Origin: Candidatus Hydrogenedentota bacterium
GTDB taxonomy: Bacteria > Hydrogenedentota > Hydrogenedentia > Hydrogenedentales > SLHB01
DNA length: 64,000 bases
Direction: 5' to 3'
NCBI GenBank assembly: GCA_045863335.1
Contig: BTVY01000001.1
Location: forward strand, 32,001-96,000
The notes beneath the pieces are model-generated. The model saw only the letters and a program-made list of their open reading frames with translations, made no database searches and was not told where the DNA came from. This document shows, one piece after another, positions 1-9,476 of this stretch. How positions within the stretch are numbered: the stretch's first letter is position 1; every line of letters begins with the position of its first letter. The position numbers were made by a program, and so were the translations under genes.

Positions 1-2
1 AC

Positions 3-626
3 GACGATCCGGAACCGGCGGAGATACGCATCTCGTGGTTTGCGTCCAACGAACGAGCGTTGCGGGTGCCGCACTACACCAATCCCCTGCTCAGCATCGC
101 ACAGGAACCGAGCCTCGTGCGGCTGCCGGACAACCGTCTCTTCTGCACGATGCGGACGATGAGCGCGTACATCTGGTACAGCCTCTCTGACGACGACGGG
201 GAAACCTGGTGTGCGCCGCGACCCTTGTTGCGAAAAGACTACGGCCTACCCATCCTGCAACCGCTGTTCGGATGCCCCATCTACGAGATGGCCGACGGGC
301 GTTATTTGCTCGTGCACCATCCCGCCTTTGGAGGCCAAGACCCCGGCAAGTCCGGCGGGCTCGAGAGCAACCGGCGTCCCGCCTATATCGCGGTAGGCGA
401 GTATCGTCCCGATGCCGAGCAACCGATCTGGTTCAGCGAATCAAAGATGCTCATGGACAACGACGGGCAGGGCATCGGCCCACTCAAGCGCGTCGACATC
501 GGCGGATACACGAGTTTCACGACACGCGATGGCGAAAACGTATTGTGGCATCCGGAACGCAAGTTCTTCCTCCTCGGGAAGATCATCCGTCCCGAGTTCA
601 TCGCCGGGCTATCCGTGCCGGAGTAA
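3..626 (+). CDS. Sialidase/BNR (Asp-box) family protein, C-terminal part (5' truncated by window)
   Basis: Frame is open from the window start; Asp-box YSLSDDDGETW, EPSLVRL-x-D-x-R-x-x-x-x-MRT and a late GYTS motif typical of GH33-like beta-propellers. Confidence 0.75.
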   Translation, partial: DDPEPAEIRISWFASNERALRVPHYTNPLLSIAQEPSLVRLPDNRLFCTMRTMSAYIWYSLSDDDGETWCAPRPLLRKDYGLPILQPLFGCPIYEMADGRYLLVHHPAFGGQDPGKSGGLESNRRPAYIAVGEYRPDAEQPIWFSESKMLMDNDGQGIGPLKRVDIGGYTSFTTRDGENVLWHPERKFFLLGKIIRPEFIAGLSVPE

Positions 627-654
627 GCCGTAGACAAATCAGAAGTTTATGGGA

Positions 655-683
655 TTGACACAGGGGCCGATTCGGCCTATGAT
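655..683 (+). promoter_or_regulatory. Near-consensus sigma70 promoter upstream of the signalling operon
   Basis: TTGACA (655-660), 17-nt spacer, TATGAT (678-683); the spacer contains the palindrome GGCCGA-T-TCGGCC. Confidence 0.65.
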
Positions 684-899
684 CGCCATGGCGAGTTCGG
701 TTCGAGCAAGGCGCCAAATCGGGAGCTGGGGTAATGCCTCCCGCGCCGGAGCCGAATCGTCGCACGCCGGGACCGGAACATGGAGCGGAATGCATTCGAA
801 TGTCGTGGCGTGTACCTTTATCAATCCCGTTCAACTCTCCTTTCACGCATGACGCCCCGTCACTTCTGATGCATTGCGCGCCTTATCGGTTCAACAGTC

Positions 900-2093
900 A
901 TGATTGAGAAACGCGATCTCGCCGACTTTGTGGACCACGCGTCCGACAGCGTGTTCATTACGGATGCCTCGGGCGCGATCGTCTACGTCAACACCGCGTG
1001 CGAACACATTTCCGGGTATGACCGCGGCGAATTGATGGGGCAGAATCCACGAATTTTCAAAAGCGGCAAGCATGACGAGGGGTTCTACGCGGAACTCTGG
1101 CAGACGATCCAGCGCGGCGACGTGTGGCGCGGCCGGCTTTTCAACCGCAGCAAGGATGGCTCGTATTTCGAAATTGAAGAAACCATCACGCCCATCCAGG
1201 GCTCCGATCTCGATCAGCGCTATTTCCTGAGCATCATGCGTCCGACCGACTCGACCGCCAAGGACATCGAGCGGTATTACACGGCGCAGAAGATGGAGGC
1301 TATCGGCGAACTCGCCGCAGGGATCGCGCACGAGATCAATACGCCGACACAGTATATCGGCGATAATCTTCAGTTCCTGGCCGAATCCTTCGAGAAACTG
1401 ATCCCGGTCCTGCGTCGCTACAGGGAGTCCCTCGCTGACGACTCGGGAGAGGGTTCAGAACACACCGATCCCGCGTTAACGGCGCGGGATCTCGACTTTC
1501 TGCTGGAAGAGATCCCGGGCGCCATCAAGGAATCGCGTGAAGGCAATCGCAAGGTTGCGGCCATCGTCCGCGCGGTGCGCGAGTTCGTTCATCCAGATCT
1601 CGAGGAGAAGCTCCCGGTCGAGATCAATCACTCCATCGAGAACACCATTGCGCTCGCGCGGAATGAGTGGAAGTACGTCGCCGAAGTGCAAACCGACTTC
1701 GATCCCGAGATCGCGGAAGTGCTCACGGTATCCGGCGCGTTGAATCAGGTCGTCTTGAATCTCCTCGTCAATGCCGCACAGGCCATCGGTGAAGCGCGCG
1801 AACAGGGGAACAAGGAAAAGGGCACGATTACCGTTTCGACACGACGGGTTGGCAAGGAACTGGAAATCGCCATACAGGACTCCGGCCCGGGCATCCCCGA
1901 GGCGATTCGGTCGCGCATCTTTGAGCCTTTCTTCACGACGAAGCGCCCCGGACGCGGCACGGGGCAGGGTCTCGCCATCGTGCGCGCACTCGTCGCGGAA
2001 CGCCTCGAAGGGACGCTCACATTCGAGTCTGAAATGGGACGGGGCACGACGTTCGCAGTGCGATTGCCGTATGAAACGGGTAAGAGAACGTAG
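900..2093 (+). CDS. PAS-domain sensor histidine kinase (cytoplasmic)
   Basis: N-terminal PAS (ITD..G.IVYVN, G.NPRIFKSG), H-box AAGIAHEINTP, N-box LNLLVNA, G boxes DSGPGI, FEPFFTTK, GTGQGL. Confidence 0.95.
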   Translation: MIEKRDLADFVDHASDSVFITDASGAIVYVNTACEHISGYDRGELMGQNPRIFKSGKHDEGFYAELWQTIQRGDVWRGRLFNRSKDGSYFEIEETITPIQGSDLDQRYFLSIMRPTDSTAKDIERYYTAQKMEAIGELAAGIAHEINTPTQYIGDNLQFLAESFEKLIPVLRRYRESLADDSGEGSEHTDPALTARDLDFLLEEIPGAIKESREGNRKVAAIVRAVREFVHPDLEEKLPVEINHSIENTIALARNEWKYVAEVQTDFDPEIAEVLTVSGALNQVVLNLLVNAAQAIGEAREQGNKEKGTITVSTRRVGKELEIAIQDSGPGIPEAIRSRIFEPFFTTKRPGRGTGQGLAIVRALVAERLEGTLTFESEMGRGTTFAVRLPYETGKRT

Positions 2094-2132
2094 GGAGACG
2101 CGCATGAAGCCGGACTCAAAGGGAGATCGTCC

Positions 2133-3251
2133 ATGGCAATAGGCCGCATGGCCCGCATCCTGTTCGTCGACGACGAACCGAACTTCCTTTCGGGCATCCG
2201 CCGGATGCTTTGGGATGACAGTTCGGAATGGGATCTCTTCTTTGCCGAAAGCGCGGACGAGGCGCTGAAGATCGCTTCGCAGAAGGTTCTCGACACGATT
2301 GTCTCCGACGTATCCATGCCAGGTAAGGATGGGCTTGAATTGCTGAAGGAACTGAAGGCCAATCCCGCGACCAATGCGATTCCCGTCGTCATTCTTACCG
2401 GGAACGCGGAAGCGCATCTGAAACGAAAAGCCCTCGATCTCGGCGCGGCCGATTTGCTGAACAAACCAATCGACCGGGAGGACCTGATCGCGCGTTTACG
2501 CAGCGTGCTTCGGCTCAAGCGCTATCAAGACGAACTTCGCGCGCACAATGAATTACTGGAGTTTCGCGTGCGCGAACGCACGCGGGAGCTGGAATCATCG
2601 CGCCGCGACATTATCTGGCGTCTCGCAAAAGCCGGCGAGTTCCGCGACGAGGATACCGGCGATCACGTGGTCCGCGTGGCCTTATCCAGCCGCATCCTGG
2701 CGGCGCAAATCGGCCTCGATCAGGAACTGGTCGAAACCGTGTTTCTGACGAGCCCGTTACATGACATCGGTAAAATTGGAATACCGGATGGAATTCTCCT
2801 GAAACCAGGCAAACTAACCGATGAAGAGCGTGCGCAGGTTCAGAAACATTGCGAGATTGGCGCCTCGATTCTCGTGGAGTTGCCTAAAGGCGCAGAGTAT
2901 TTCCTGAACAGCCAGGAGGACGGCGATCGCCTGCCCATACTCGAAGCCATCGAACCGATCCGGGAGTTTGCCGCGACGATCGCAATGACCCATCATGAGC
3001 GCTGGGACGGTACCGGGTATCCGAAAGGGCTCGGTGGCGACGAGATTCCGATCGTGGGGCGCATCGTGGCGGTCGCCGATCTCTACGATGCCTTGCGGTC
3101 TTCGCGTCCTTACAAGAAGGCCTTCGATCGCGCCAAGGCTACGCAGATCATGGAAGAGTCCGTCGGCACCCATATCGATCCCATGGTTTTTGACGCGTTT
3201 GTCCGGGTGCAAGACGAGGTGGAACAGATCCGCGAGGTCAATTTCCGATGA
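2133..3251 (+). CDS. Response regulator with HD-GYP cyclic-di-GMP phosphodiesterase domain
   Basis: REC (FVDDE, SDVSMP, KP) plus HDIGK, HHERWDGTGYP and RPYK motifs; alternative start at 2148. Confidence 0.95.
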   Translation: MAIGRMARILFVDDEPNFLSGIRRMLWDDSSEWDLFFAESADEALKIASQKVLDTIVSDVSMPGKDGLELLKELKANPATNAIPVVILTGNAEAHLKRKALDLGAADLLNKPIDREDLIARLRSVLRLKRYQDELRAHNELLEFRVRERTRELESSRRDIIWRLAKAGEFRDEDTGDHVVRVALSSRILAAQIGLDQELVETVFLTSPLHDIGKIGIPDGILLKPGKLTDEERAQVQKHCEIGASILVELPKGAEYFLNSQEDGDRLPILEAIEPIREFAATIAMTHHERWDGTGYPKGLGGDEIPIVGRIVAVADLYDALRSSRPYKKAFDRAKATQIMEESVGTHIDPMVFDAFVRVQDEVEQIREVNFR

Positions 3252-3270
3252 CGGAAAAAGGGATTTCCCA

Positions 3271-4485
3271 TTGAAGCGCGCCATATTTGTTGATGACGAG
3301 CCGAATCTGCTGCGCGGACTGCGCCGTATGCTTCTCAGCATCCGCCGCGATTGGGACATGACCTTCGTGGACAGCGGCGCCGAAGCGTTATCGCTCATGG
3401 ATGCCAACGGTCCCTACGATGTCGCCGTGACCGACTTGACCATGCCGGAAATGGACGGCATCGAATTCCTCACCGAAGTAACGAAACGATACCCGCAAAC
3501 CGTGCGCTTTATCTTGTCCGGTCAAACCGACACGTCGAGTTTACTGCGGGCCTCCACGGTCACGCATCAGTTCCTCACGAAACCTTGCGACCCTCAGGTG
3601 CTCCACAATCTCCTGGCCCGCGCATTTTCCTTGACCGATTCGTTGCAAGGCTCCCCCATCAAACGCACCCTGCTGGAGATGGGCGCGTTGCCGAGCATGC
3701 CGGTCATTCACCAGGAAATCGTCAATGAGATGCAATCGCCGTCGCCCTCCATCGCGCGCATCGGCGGCATCATCGAAAAAGACGCGGGCCTGAGCATGAA
3801 GCTCCTTCAAATCGTCAACGCGGAGTACGTGGGGACGGGCAAGCAGATTTCGAGCGTGGCCGAAGCGGTTCAACTTATGGGGCTGGAGAACATCAAGAGC
3901 CTTGTCCTCATGGTGGAGGTTTTCTCGCCCATGCAGGAACAGGATGTCGCCGGCGGGGTCAGCCTGGATTTCCTGTGGCACCGAAGCCTTGCCGTGGGCG
4001 ATTATGCCATGCGTATCGCGGAGTACGAAACCCACAACACGCCCGTCGCGCAGGAGTCCTTCACCGCGGGGTTGTTGCACAAGGTCGGAATGCTGATCCT
4101 GGCGACGAAGATGAGCAAGGAATTCGTGGAGGTCGTGGAGCAAGTCCGCAGCGGCGGCATCAGTCTGAGCGAGGCGGAGCGGGATCGGTTTGGCGCGACG
4201 CATGGCGAGATTGGCGGTTTTCTCTTCGACCTGTGGGGGCTTCCCGATGCGATCGTCAAGGCCGTCACCTACTACGATTATCCGTCCGCGCTGCCGGAAC
4301 AACTCTACGGCGGGGGCGATGGCAAGCAGTTCACGTCCTTAACCGCAGTGCACGTCGCCAACTATTTCTGCTCCGATCGCGAAGGCATGGGCGATTTCCT
4401 CGGCGGCGCCCACCTGGATTCGGATTACCTCAACCGCCTCGGTCTCGCGGAACACCTCGCGCGCTGGTTCGACCTCTGCGTGTAG
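3271..4485 (+). CDS. REC + HDOD domain signal-transduction protein
   Basis: Likely TTG start at 3271 (KRAIFVDDE); REC then HDOD (LPSMP, KLLQIVN, AGLLHKVG, THGEIG..L...WGLP). Confidence 0.88.
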   Translation: MKRAIFVDDEPNLLRGLRRMLLSIRRDWDMTFVDSGAEALSLMDANGPYDVAVTDLTMPEMDGIEFLTEVTKRYPQTVRFILSGQTDTSSLLRASTVTHQFLTKPCDPQVLHNLLARAFSLTDSLQGSPIKRTLLEMGALPSMPVIHQEIVNEMQSPSPSIARIGGIIEKDAGLSMKLLQIVNAEYVGTGKQISSVAEAVQLMGLENIKSLVLMVEVFSPMQEQDVAGGVSLDFLWHRSLAVGDYAMRIAEYETHNTPVAQESFTAGLLHKVGMLILATKMSKEFVEVVEQVRSGGISLSEAERDRFGATHGEIGGFLFDLWGLPDAIVKAVTYYDYPSALPEQLYGGGDGKQFTSLTAVHVANYFCSDREGMGDFLGGAHLDSDYLNRLGLAEHLARWFDLCV

Positions 4486-4542
4486 ACGGTCGTCGTTCAA
4501 GATTCATAGCGCAGACCGGCCTCGTTCGGCAATCGATCACCA

Positions 4543-4803
4543 TCACGACAATGGCGGAATCTTCTCAAAAGGCATGAATTTTTGTCCGAGATCCCAATCG
4601 GCAAGCAGCTCCTGCCGGTGCAGTGTTGCCCATTCACTGACCAAACCCATCGCCCGAGGAGGCAACGAACCAGCAAGAACGGCCAACGAACGAATCTCGA
4701 TTAAAGCTTCGTCATCCCCGTAGTATGCGTGGAAGTGAGGCGGATTGTGCTCGTTAAAGTACATTCGGATCACGATACCGTAGAAGCGGGAGATCTCAGG
4801 CAT
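4543..4803 (-). CDS. DUF4160 family protein (putative DhiT-like toxin)
   Basis: MPEISRFYGIVIRMYFNEHNPPHFHAYY signature. Confidence 0.9.
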   Translation of the reverse strand: MPEISRFYGIVIRMYFNEHNPPHFHAYYGDDEALIEIRSLAVLAGSLPPRAMGLVSEWATLHRQELLADWDLGQKFMPFEKIPPLS

Positions 4804-5083
4804 GGGCGTTTTCGCGATTCAGATTCGCGAATAATTCTTCCGGTTCCTTTCCTGTGGCCTCAAGGTAAAGGGCATCGGGACAAAGATCGAGACTGTCATC
4901 CCACTGGAGTTCGCCGGCTGGACCAATCTCCACCTGCCGAAATCGATCCTCATCGTTCCACTGCGCAAAGACCCCGCGGCCGACCAAGTGGGAGAGGTCA
5001 ACTTCGCCGGACTCTCCTGTGTCAAAGGTTAGCGCCAAACGGAAGTTTGGGAGAACTTTCACGTCCGTGATCTTTCGCATCAT
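4796..5083 (-). CDS. DUF2442 family protein (putative antitoxin partner)
   Basis: V..L..F.L.LTFDTGE.G.VDL...GVF...W....DLCPDALY signature; overlaps the DUF4160 gene by 8 nt. Confidence 0.88.
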   Translation of the reverse strand: MMRKITDVKVLPNFRLALTFDTGESGEVDLSHLVGRGVFAQWNDEDRFRQVEIGPAGELQWDDSLDLCPDALYLEATGKEPEELFANLNRENAHA

Positions 5084-5270
5084 ACGTCTCCAGTGATACC
5101 TGCCAGGTTCTTAAAAAGAAAGAACGCTCGCCTGACAACAGTATACCAAAGAAACCGCGTTCGGCCACGACTCGCAAACAAGTCGCAACCGTGTGTCGAT
5201 TTGTGCATCATAACTCCCCAGCCACTGCAACGACCCTCTGACAAACCCGTAGCTTACAGGAGCCAATTCA

Positions 5271-7067
5271 ATGCGACTGACCAACCTCGCGTTTTGCCTG
5301 GGTATCTTCACCATCTTCGCGACGAGTTCCTGCGCCACGTCCATGGAGCACAGCGTCTCCGGCTCGCTGACCAAGTGGTCGCCGGTCACGATCGACTTTC
5401 GCGGTCCGTTGGCAGCGGCGTCGGGCAGTGACCCGAATCCATTTCTCGATTACCGGCTGCAAGTCGAATTTACCGGTCCGAGCGGTGCGGAATACAGCGT
5501 GCCAGGCTACTTCGACGGCGACGGCCAGGGGGGTCTCAACGGCAACACGTGGCGCGTGATGTTCTCGCCGGATGAGACCGGCAAATGGAGCTACCAAGCG
5601 TCATTCCGGAGCGGCGACGACGTGGCCGTCGCGCTGGAACCGGATGCGGGCGAACCGGCTGCCTTCGATGGCGCGAAAGGATCCTTCGAAGTCGAACCGC
5701 AACCGGACGACGCCCCCGGTTTCTATCGTTGGGGACGGCTCGAATACGCGGGCGGCTTCTATCTGAAGTTTCGCGACGGAAACTATTGGATCAAAGGCGG
5801 CACGGACAGTCCCGAGGATTTTCTCGCCTACAACGGTTTCGTGAACACGCCGCGCCGGCCGCACCGGTATGATGCGCACATCGCCGATTGGCAGGACGGC
5901 GATCCCGACTGGGGCGATGGACATGGCAAAGGGATCATCGGCGCGTTGAATTATCTCGCCTCCATGCAGGTGAACAGCATCTACTTTCTTCCCATGAACA
6001 TCGGCGGTGACGGAAAGAACGTCTGGCCGTTCCTCGGTGAGCCGGATGCAGGCGGCAGCCCGGACAACGACAACGTTCACTACGATCTCGCGAAGCTGCG
6101 TCAATGGGGAATCGTGTTTGACCATGCACAGCGCAAAGGACTGATGCTGCACTTCGTCCTCAACGAGGCGGAAGAACCCAACAAACGCGAACTCGACGAC
6201 GGCGCGATCGGCGTCGAGCGCAAGTTGTACTATCGCGAACTCATCGCGCGCTTCGGCCACTTTCCCGCGCTGCAATGGAACCTCTGCGAAGAGTACAACC
6301 TTCGTTATCGTTTTGATCCGGAAGTGGTGAAGAGCTTCGCGCAGTACATTCGCGATGTCGATCCCTACGACCATCCAGTCACCGTCCACCACGCAGGCAA
6401 ATGGCAAGAGGCCTGGGGCCCGTTCCTTGGGGATGACCGCTTCCAGGTCACGTCGTTTCAAGTGAACGAACTGGACGTGGTCGAGGCGTGGCGGCAACAG
6501 TCGCGCGATGCCGGATTCCCGCAGGTCATTGGCATGGACGAGTTTTTCCCAGACAAGACGCACCCCGACAATATCGAGCGCCATCGCAAGGAATACCTCT
6601 GGCCCATTTACTTCTCCGGCGGCAACGTGGAATTCATCCTCGACGATCTCCTCAAGACGGAAGACTTCCGCCGCTACGAGGCCCTCTGGCAATACATGGC
6701 CCACGCGCGCGCCTTCATGGAAACCCACCTCCCCTTCTGGGACATGGAACCCCGCGACGACCTCCTCACCGGCGAATCGGAGTTCACCGGCGAAAACAAT
6801 GTCGTGCAAGGGCAAGTCTTCGCAAAAAGAGGTGACATTTACGCCGTGTACCTCCCAGTCGCCACCCAAACCGGCACGCTCGACCTCACGCGAGCCCCCG
6901 GTACCTTTCAGAAACTGTGGTTCAATCCTCGCACAGGTAACTCCGTAATCGATAAGCCCATCGAAGGCGGTAAGTTTCTGGCGCTGAATGGCCCGCCCGA
7001 TTCTTCGGGTGAAGACTGGGTCGTACTGGTGAGAAAAAGCCGCGAAGTGCTGACCCGACCACGCTAG
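5271..7067 (+). CDS. Secreted lipoprotein with DUF5060 N-terminus, glycoside-hydrolase-like TIM barrel and putative collagen-binding C-terminal domain
   Basis: Signal peptide with TSSC lipobox; NPFLDY..V.FTGPSG..V.GYFDG, W...FSPD..G.W.Y; WNLCEE; C-terminal WFNPRTG...DWV. Confidence 0.75.
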   Translation: MRLTNLAFCLGIFTIFATSSCATSMEHSVSGSLTKWSPVTIDFRGPLAAASGSDPNPFLDYRLQVEFTGPSGAEYSVPGYFDGDGQGGLNGNTWRVMFSPDETGKWSYQASFRSGDDVAVALEPDAGEPAAFDGAKGSFEVEPQPDDAPGFYRWGRLEYAGGFYLKFRDGNYWIKGGTDSPEDFLAYNGFVNTPRRPHRYDAHIADWQDGDPDWGDGHGKGIIGALNYLASMQVNSIYFLPMNIGGDGKNVWPFLGEPDAGGSPDNDNVHYDLAKLRQWGIVFDHAQRKGLMLHFVLNEAEEPNKRELDDGAIGVERKLYYRELIARFGHFPALQWNLCEEYNLRYRFDPEVVKSFAQYIRDVDPYDHPVTVHHAGKWQEAWGPFLGDDRFQVTSFQVNELDVVEAWRQQSRDAGFPQVIGMDEFFPDKTHPDNIERHRKEYLWPIYFSGGNVEFILDDLLKTEDFRRYEALWQYMAHARAFMETHLPFWDMEPRDDLLTGESEFTGENNVVQGQVFAKRGDIYAVYLPVATQTGTLDLTRAPGTFQKLWFNPRTGNSVIDKPIEGGKFLALNGPPDSSGEDWVVLVRKSREVLTRPR

Positions 7068-7202
7068 ATATCGTTTACATTTGGGTACTTGCGTGGTCGG
7101 ACTTTCCGAACTCCTACAAAAAATGAACGTGTACTGCACAGGACTATTCCGCTATAGTTCATTATCCGATATGATGAGCCTAGACACAGGGGAGTTTCTC
7201 GC

Positions 7203-9476
7203 ATGAAGCACGTGTTCATATCACATGCAGGAGCCGACAAAGAGATTGCGGAGAAGCTCTTTGAGGATTTGCGGAACGCTGGACACTCCACAGTAATCGA
7301 CATCCACGAGCTCCAACTTGGCAATGACCTCGTGGACTTTATTAACGATAGCATTACGGATGCCCACACGATCCTATTGTTATACTCTCGCCACACCCCC
7401 CAAGCCCGCTGGCAGAAGCTAGAGATCAACGCTGCCGTTTGGAACGAGGTCGAGCAGGACGGTGGAACTTGCATCGTCGTTCGCCTAGACGACACTGACG
7501 TACCTCCAACTCTTGGACCTAAAGTCATGGGGCGGTTGGAGACCGATAAACCTGAATCATACAAGACGCTTCTCGATCAACTCTGCGAAACACTTCTACC
7601 GAAAGAAACAGCTTCTTCAATTGTCGCCAAGGCATTCCGCAGCAACTCTCAAAACCCATTCCGCCGTGTTCGCGCTGAGTTCTTCGAAGATAGACCCGAC
7701 CTTCTTGCTGCAACCTTCGCCCCACCGGAGGCTCTCAAGGCGGGTGCTCTAGAGGAAATGAAGCCCTGCTTCCTAGAAGGATCTCGCGGTACGGGAAAGT
7801 CTATGTTGCTGCTATCCTTGCGAGCTCGCAACTATTTGGCAAGATACAAGCAGGTACCGGAGCGATTCTCGATATTTGGATTCTACCTGAAACTGACACG
7901 AGGCGCTCTGTGCAACGCGGGCCTTACCGTCGACGAAACTTCGTTGCTAGATTTCCCCGCTAGAGAACGAACACAGATTGTCGACATGTCATCACAAGAG
8001 ATCTATCTTTGCCTTCTTGAGAGCCTTATCTCCGAAATAGTTTTTTGCACTCGCGAAGCCACACTTGAACTGACTCCGTCCAAGGAGAAACTGATCGCGG
8101 ACGAGATCGCGGAGCTTTTAATACCCCACGAGGCCAATCGGCCAACCACCCTGGAGGAACTAGCCGATCTTCTGGCCCGCACCCATACTAGGATCGCCAG
8201 TTTTATGCGTGCGCGATTCGTCTACATGGAAGTGGGTCTAGCGCCAATAACGACTCTCGATTTGGAGTCATTCAAAAGGGCCCTGGATGCGATTCGCAAG
8301 CATATACCGCAACTTCAGGCATCGCTTTTTATCGCCCTACTGGACGAATATGAAAACCTCTTTGCTTATCAGCAACGTATCGTTAATGGAATAATAAAGC
8401 TTGCCACTCCATCGTTCTCTGTTAAAGCCGCCAAGAAACTTGGTAGTGACGATGTATCCGGCACCACGACCGGCCAAGAACTTCAAGAGACTCACGACTA
8501 CACGCGACTGATGTTGGTTTACGACGTAGAGCATTCTGAGCAACTAAGGCATTACAAAAACCTGCTCTCCACAATCGTTTCCAACCTCCTTCAGAGTGAG
8601 AATTGGCCCGCGCATAGTATTGATGCACTACTCCCAGAGGATCGCTCAATTGAAGTTGATGAGTCGAAATGGCTAGATGAAGTATCGCGTCTCTGCAAAG
8701 TGAACAAGGACGAGTTTTTGGCTTGGCCCGAGGAGCGTCGCAAAGAAAAACTAACCTACTATGGCGAAGCGGCAACTTATAGAGTTCTCTACGGCTCGAA
8801 GGGTCGCAGAAGACCTAAACGGTTCTGCGGCTTTCATGATATGGCATTCTTGAGTTCCGGCGTGATTCGCTATTTTCAAGAGTTCTTGGGTGTCAGTTTT
8901 CACATGCTCCAAGATGAGGAAACGCATGAGAAAGCGCTGTCAATTCCAGCGTCTATACAAACTAGAGCTATCCACCTAGTTTCGGAGCATAACCTTACTA
9001 CTCTAAGCCGAAATGTTGAACTGCATGGGGAAGTGCTCAAATACTTGCTTCTTGATATTGGAGATTGTCTGCGCCACAAGCTTCTAAAGCACGGGAGCGA
9101 ACCTGAGGCAGCGCGCATTGTACTCGTCGATCCTGAGAATCTGCATGATGAGAATATGGTCGCTCTACGCGAATTGATACTCGTCGGTGAGCGAGAAGGT
9201 GTGTTTCAAACCAAAGAAGGCCGACCAACGTACAAACCACGACACGGATCAGATCCGCAACCAGCTGAACTTCGACTCTGCCGAGTATTCGCCCCCGTCC
9301 TTGAGATAAGTCCTCGCTTGCGCTGGCGTACAGAGGTACGATGCGATCAACTTGCAGGGCTGCTCATTCCTGGGCTTCGCGGTCAGGCGGTTAGTAAATT
9401 GAAGAAGAGTATGGTACGCGAAGTTGGCGGCGGCGACCAGAGTGAGTTTCCACTTTCAAAGGAGATCAAGCGGTGA
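7203..9476 (+). CDS. TIR domain fused to an ORC/CDC6-like (STAND-related) P-loop ATPase; putative defence protein
   Basis: TIR (VFISHAGADK...WQKLEI with the conserved Glu), NPF..RAE, Walker A GSRGTGKS, Walker B LLDEYENL, SSGVIRYF; lower GC than flanks. Confidence 0.85.
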   Translation: MKHVFISHAGADKEIAEKLFEDLRNAGHSTVIDIHELQLGNDLVDFINDSITDAHTILLLYSRHTPQARWQKLEINAAVWNEVEQDGGTCIVVRLDDTDVPPTLGPKVMGRLETDKPESYKTLLDQLCETLLPKETASSIVAKAFRSNSQNPFRRVRAEFFEDRPDLLAATFAPPEALKAGALEEMKPCFLEGSRGTGKSMLLLSLRARNYLARYKQVPERFSIFGFYLKLTRGALCNAGLTVDETSLLDFPARERTQIVDMSSQEIYLCLLESLISEIVFCTREATLELTPSKEKLIADEIAELLIPHEANRPTTLEELADLLARTHTRIASFMRARFVYMEVGLAPITTLDLESFKRALDAIRKHIPQLQASLFIALLDEYENLFAYQQRIVNGIIKLATPSFSVKAAKKLGSDDVSGTTTGQELQETHDYTRLMLVYDVEHSEQLRHYKNLLSTIVSNLLQSENWPAHSIDALLPEDRSIEVDESKWLDEVSRLCKVNKDEFLAWPEERRKEKLTYYGEAATYRVLYGSKGRRRPKRFCGFHDMAFLSSGVIRYFQEFLGVSFHMLQDEETHEKALSIPASIQTRAIHLVSEHNLTTLSRNVELHGEVLKYLLLDIGDCLRHKLLKHGSEPEAARIVLVDPENLHDENMVALRELILVGEREGVFQTKEGRPTYKPRHGSDPQPAELRLCRVFAPVLEISPRLRWRTEVRCDQLAGLLIPGLRGQAVSKLKKSMVREVGGGDQSEFPLSKEIKR

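Noticed and set aside
2995-3270. N-terminal extensions in the ORF track (also 28744-29373, 34117-34353, 36541-36642, 56566-56661)
   Set aside because: They overlap upstream genes in another frame; domain starts and RBS positions indicate later start codons, and there is no evidence of programmed frameshifting
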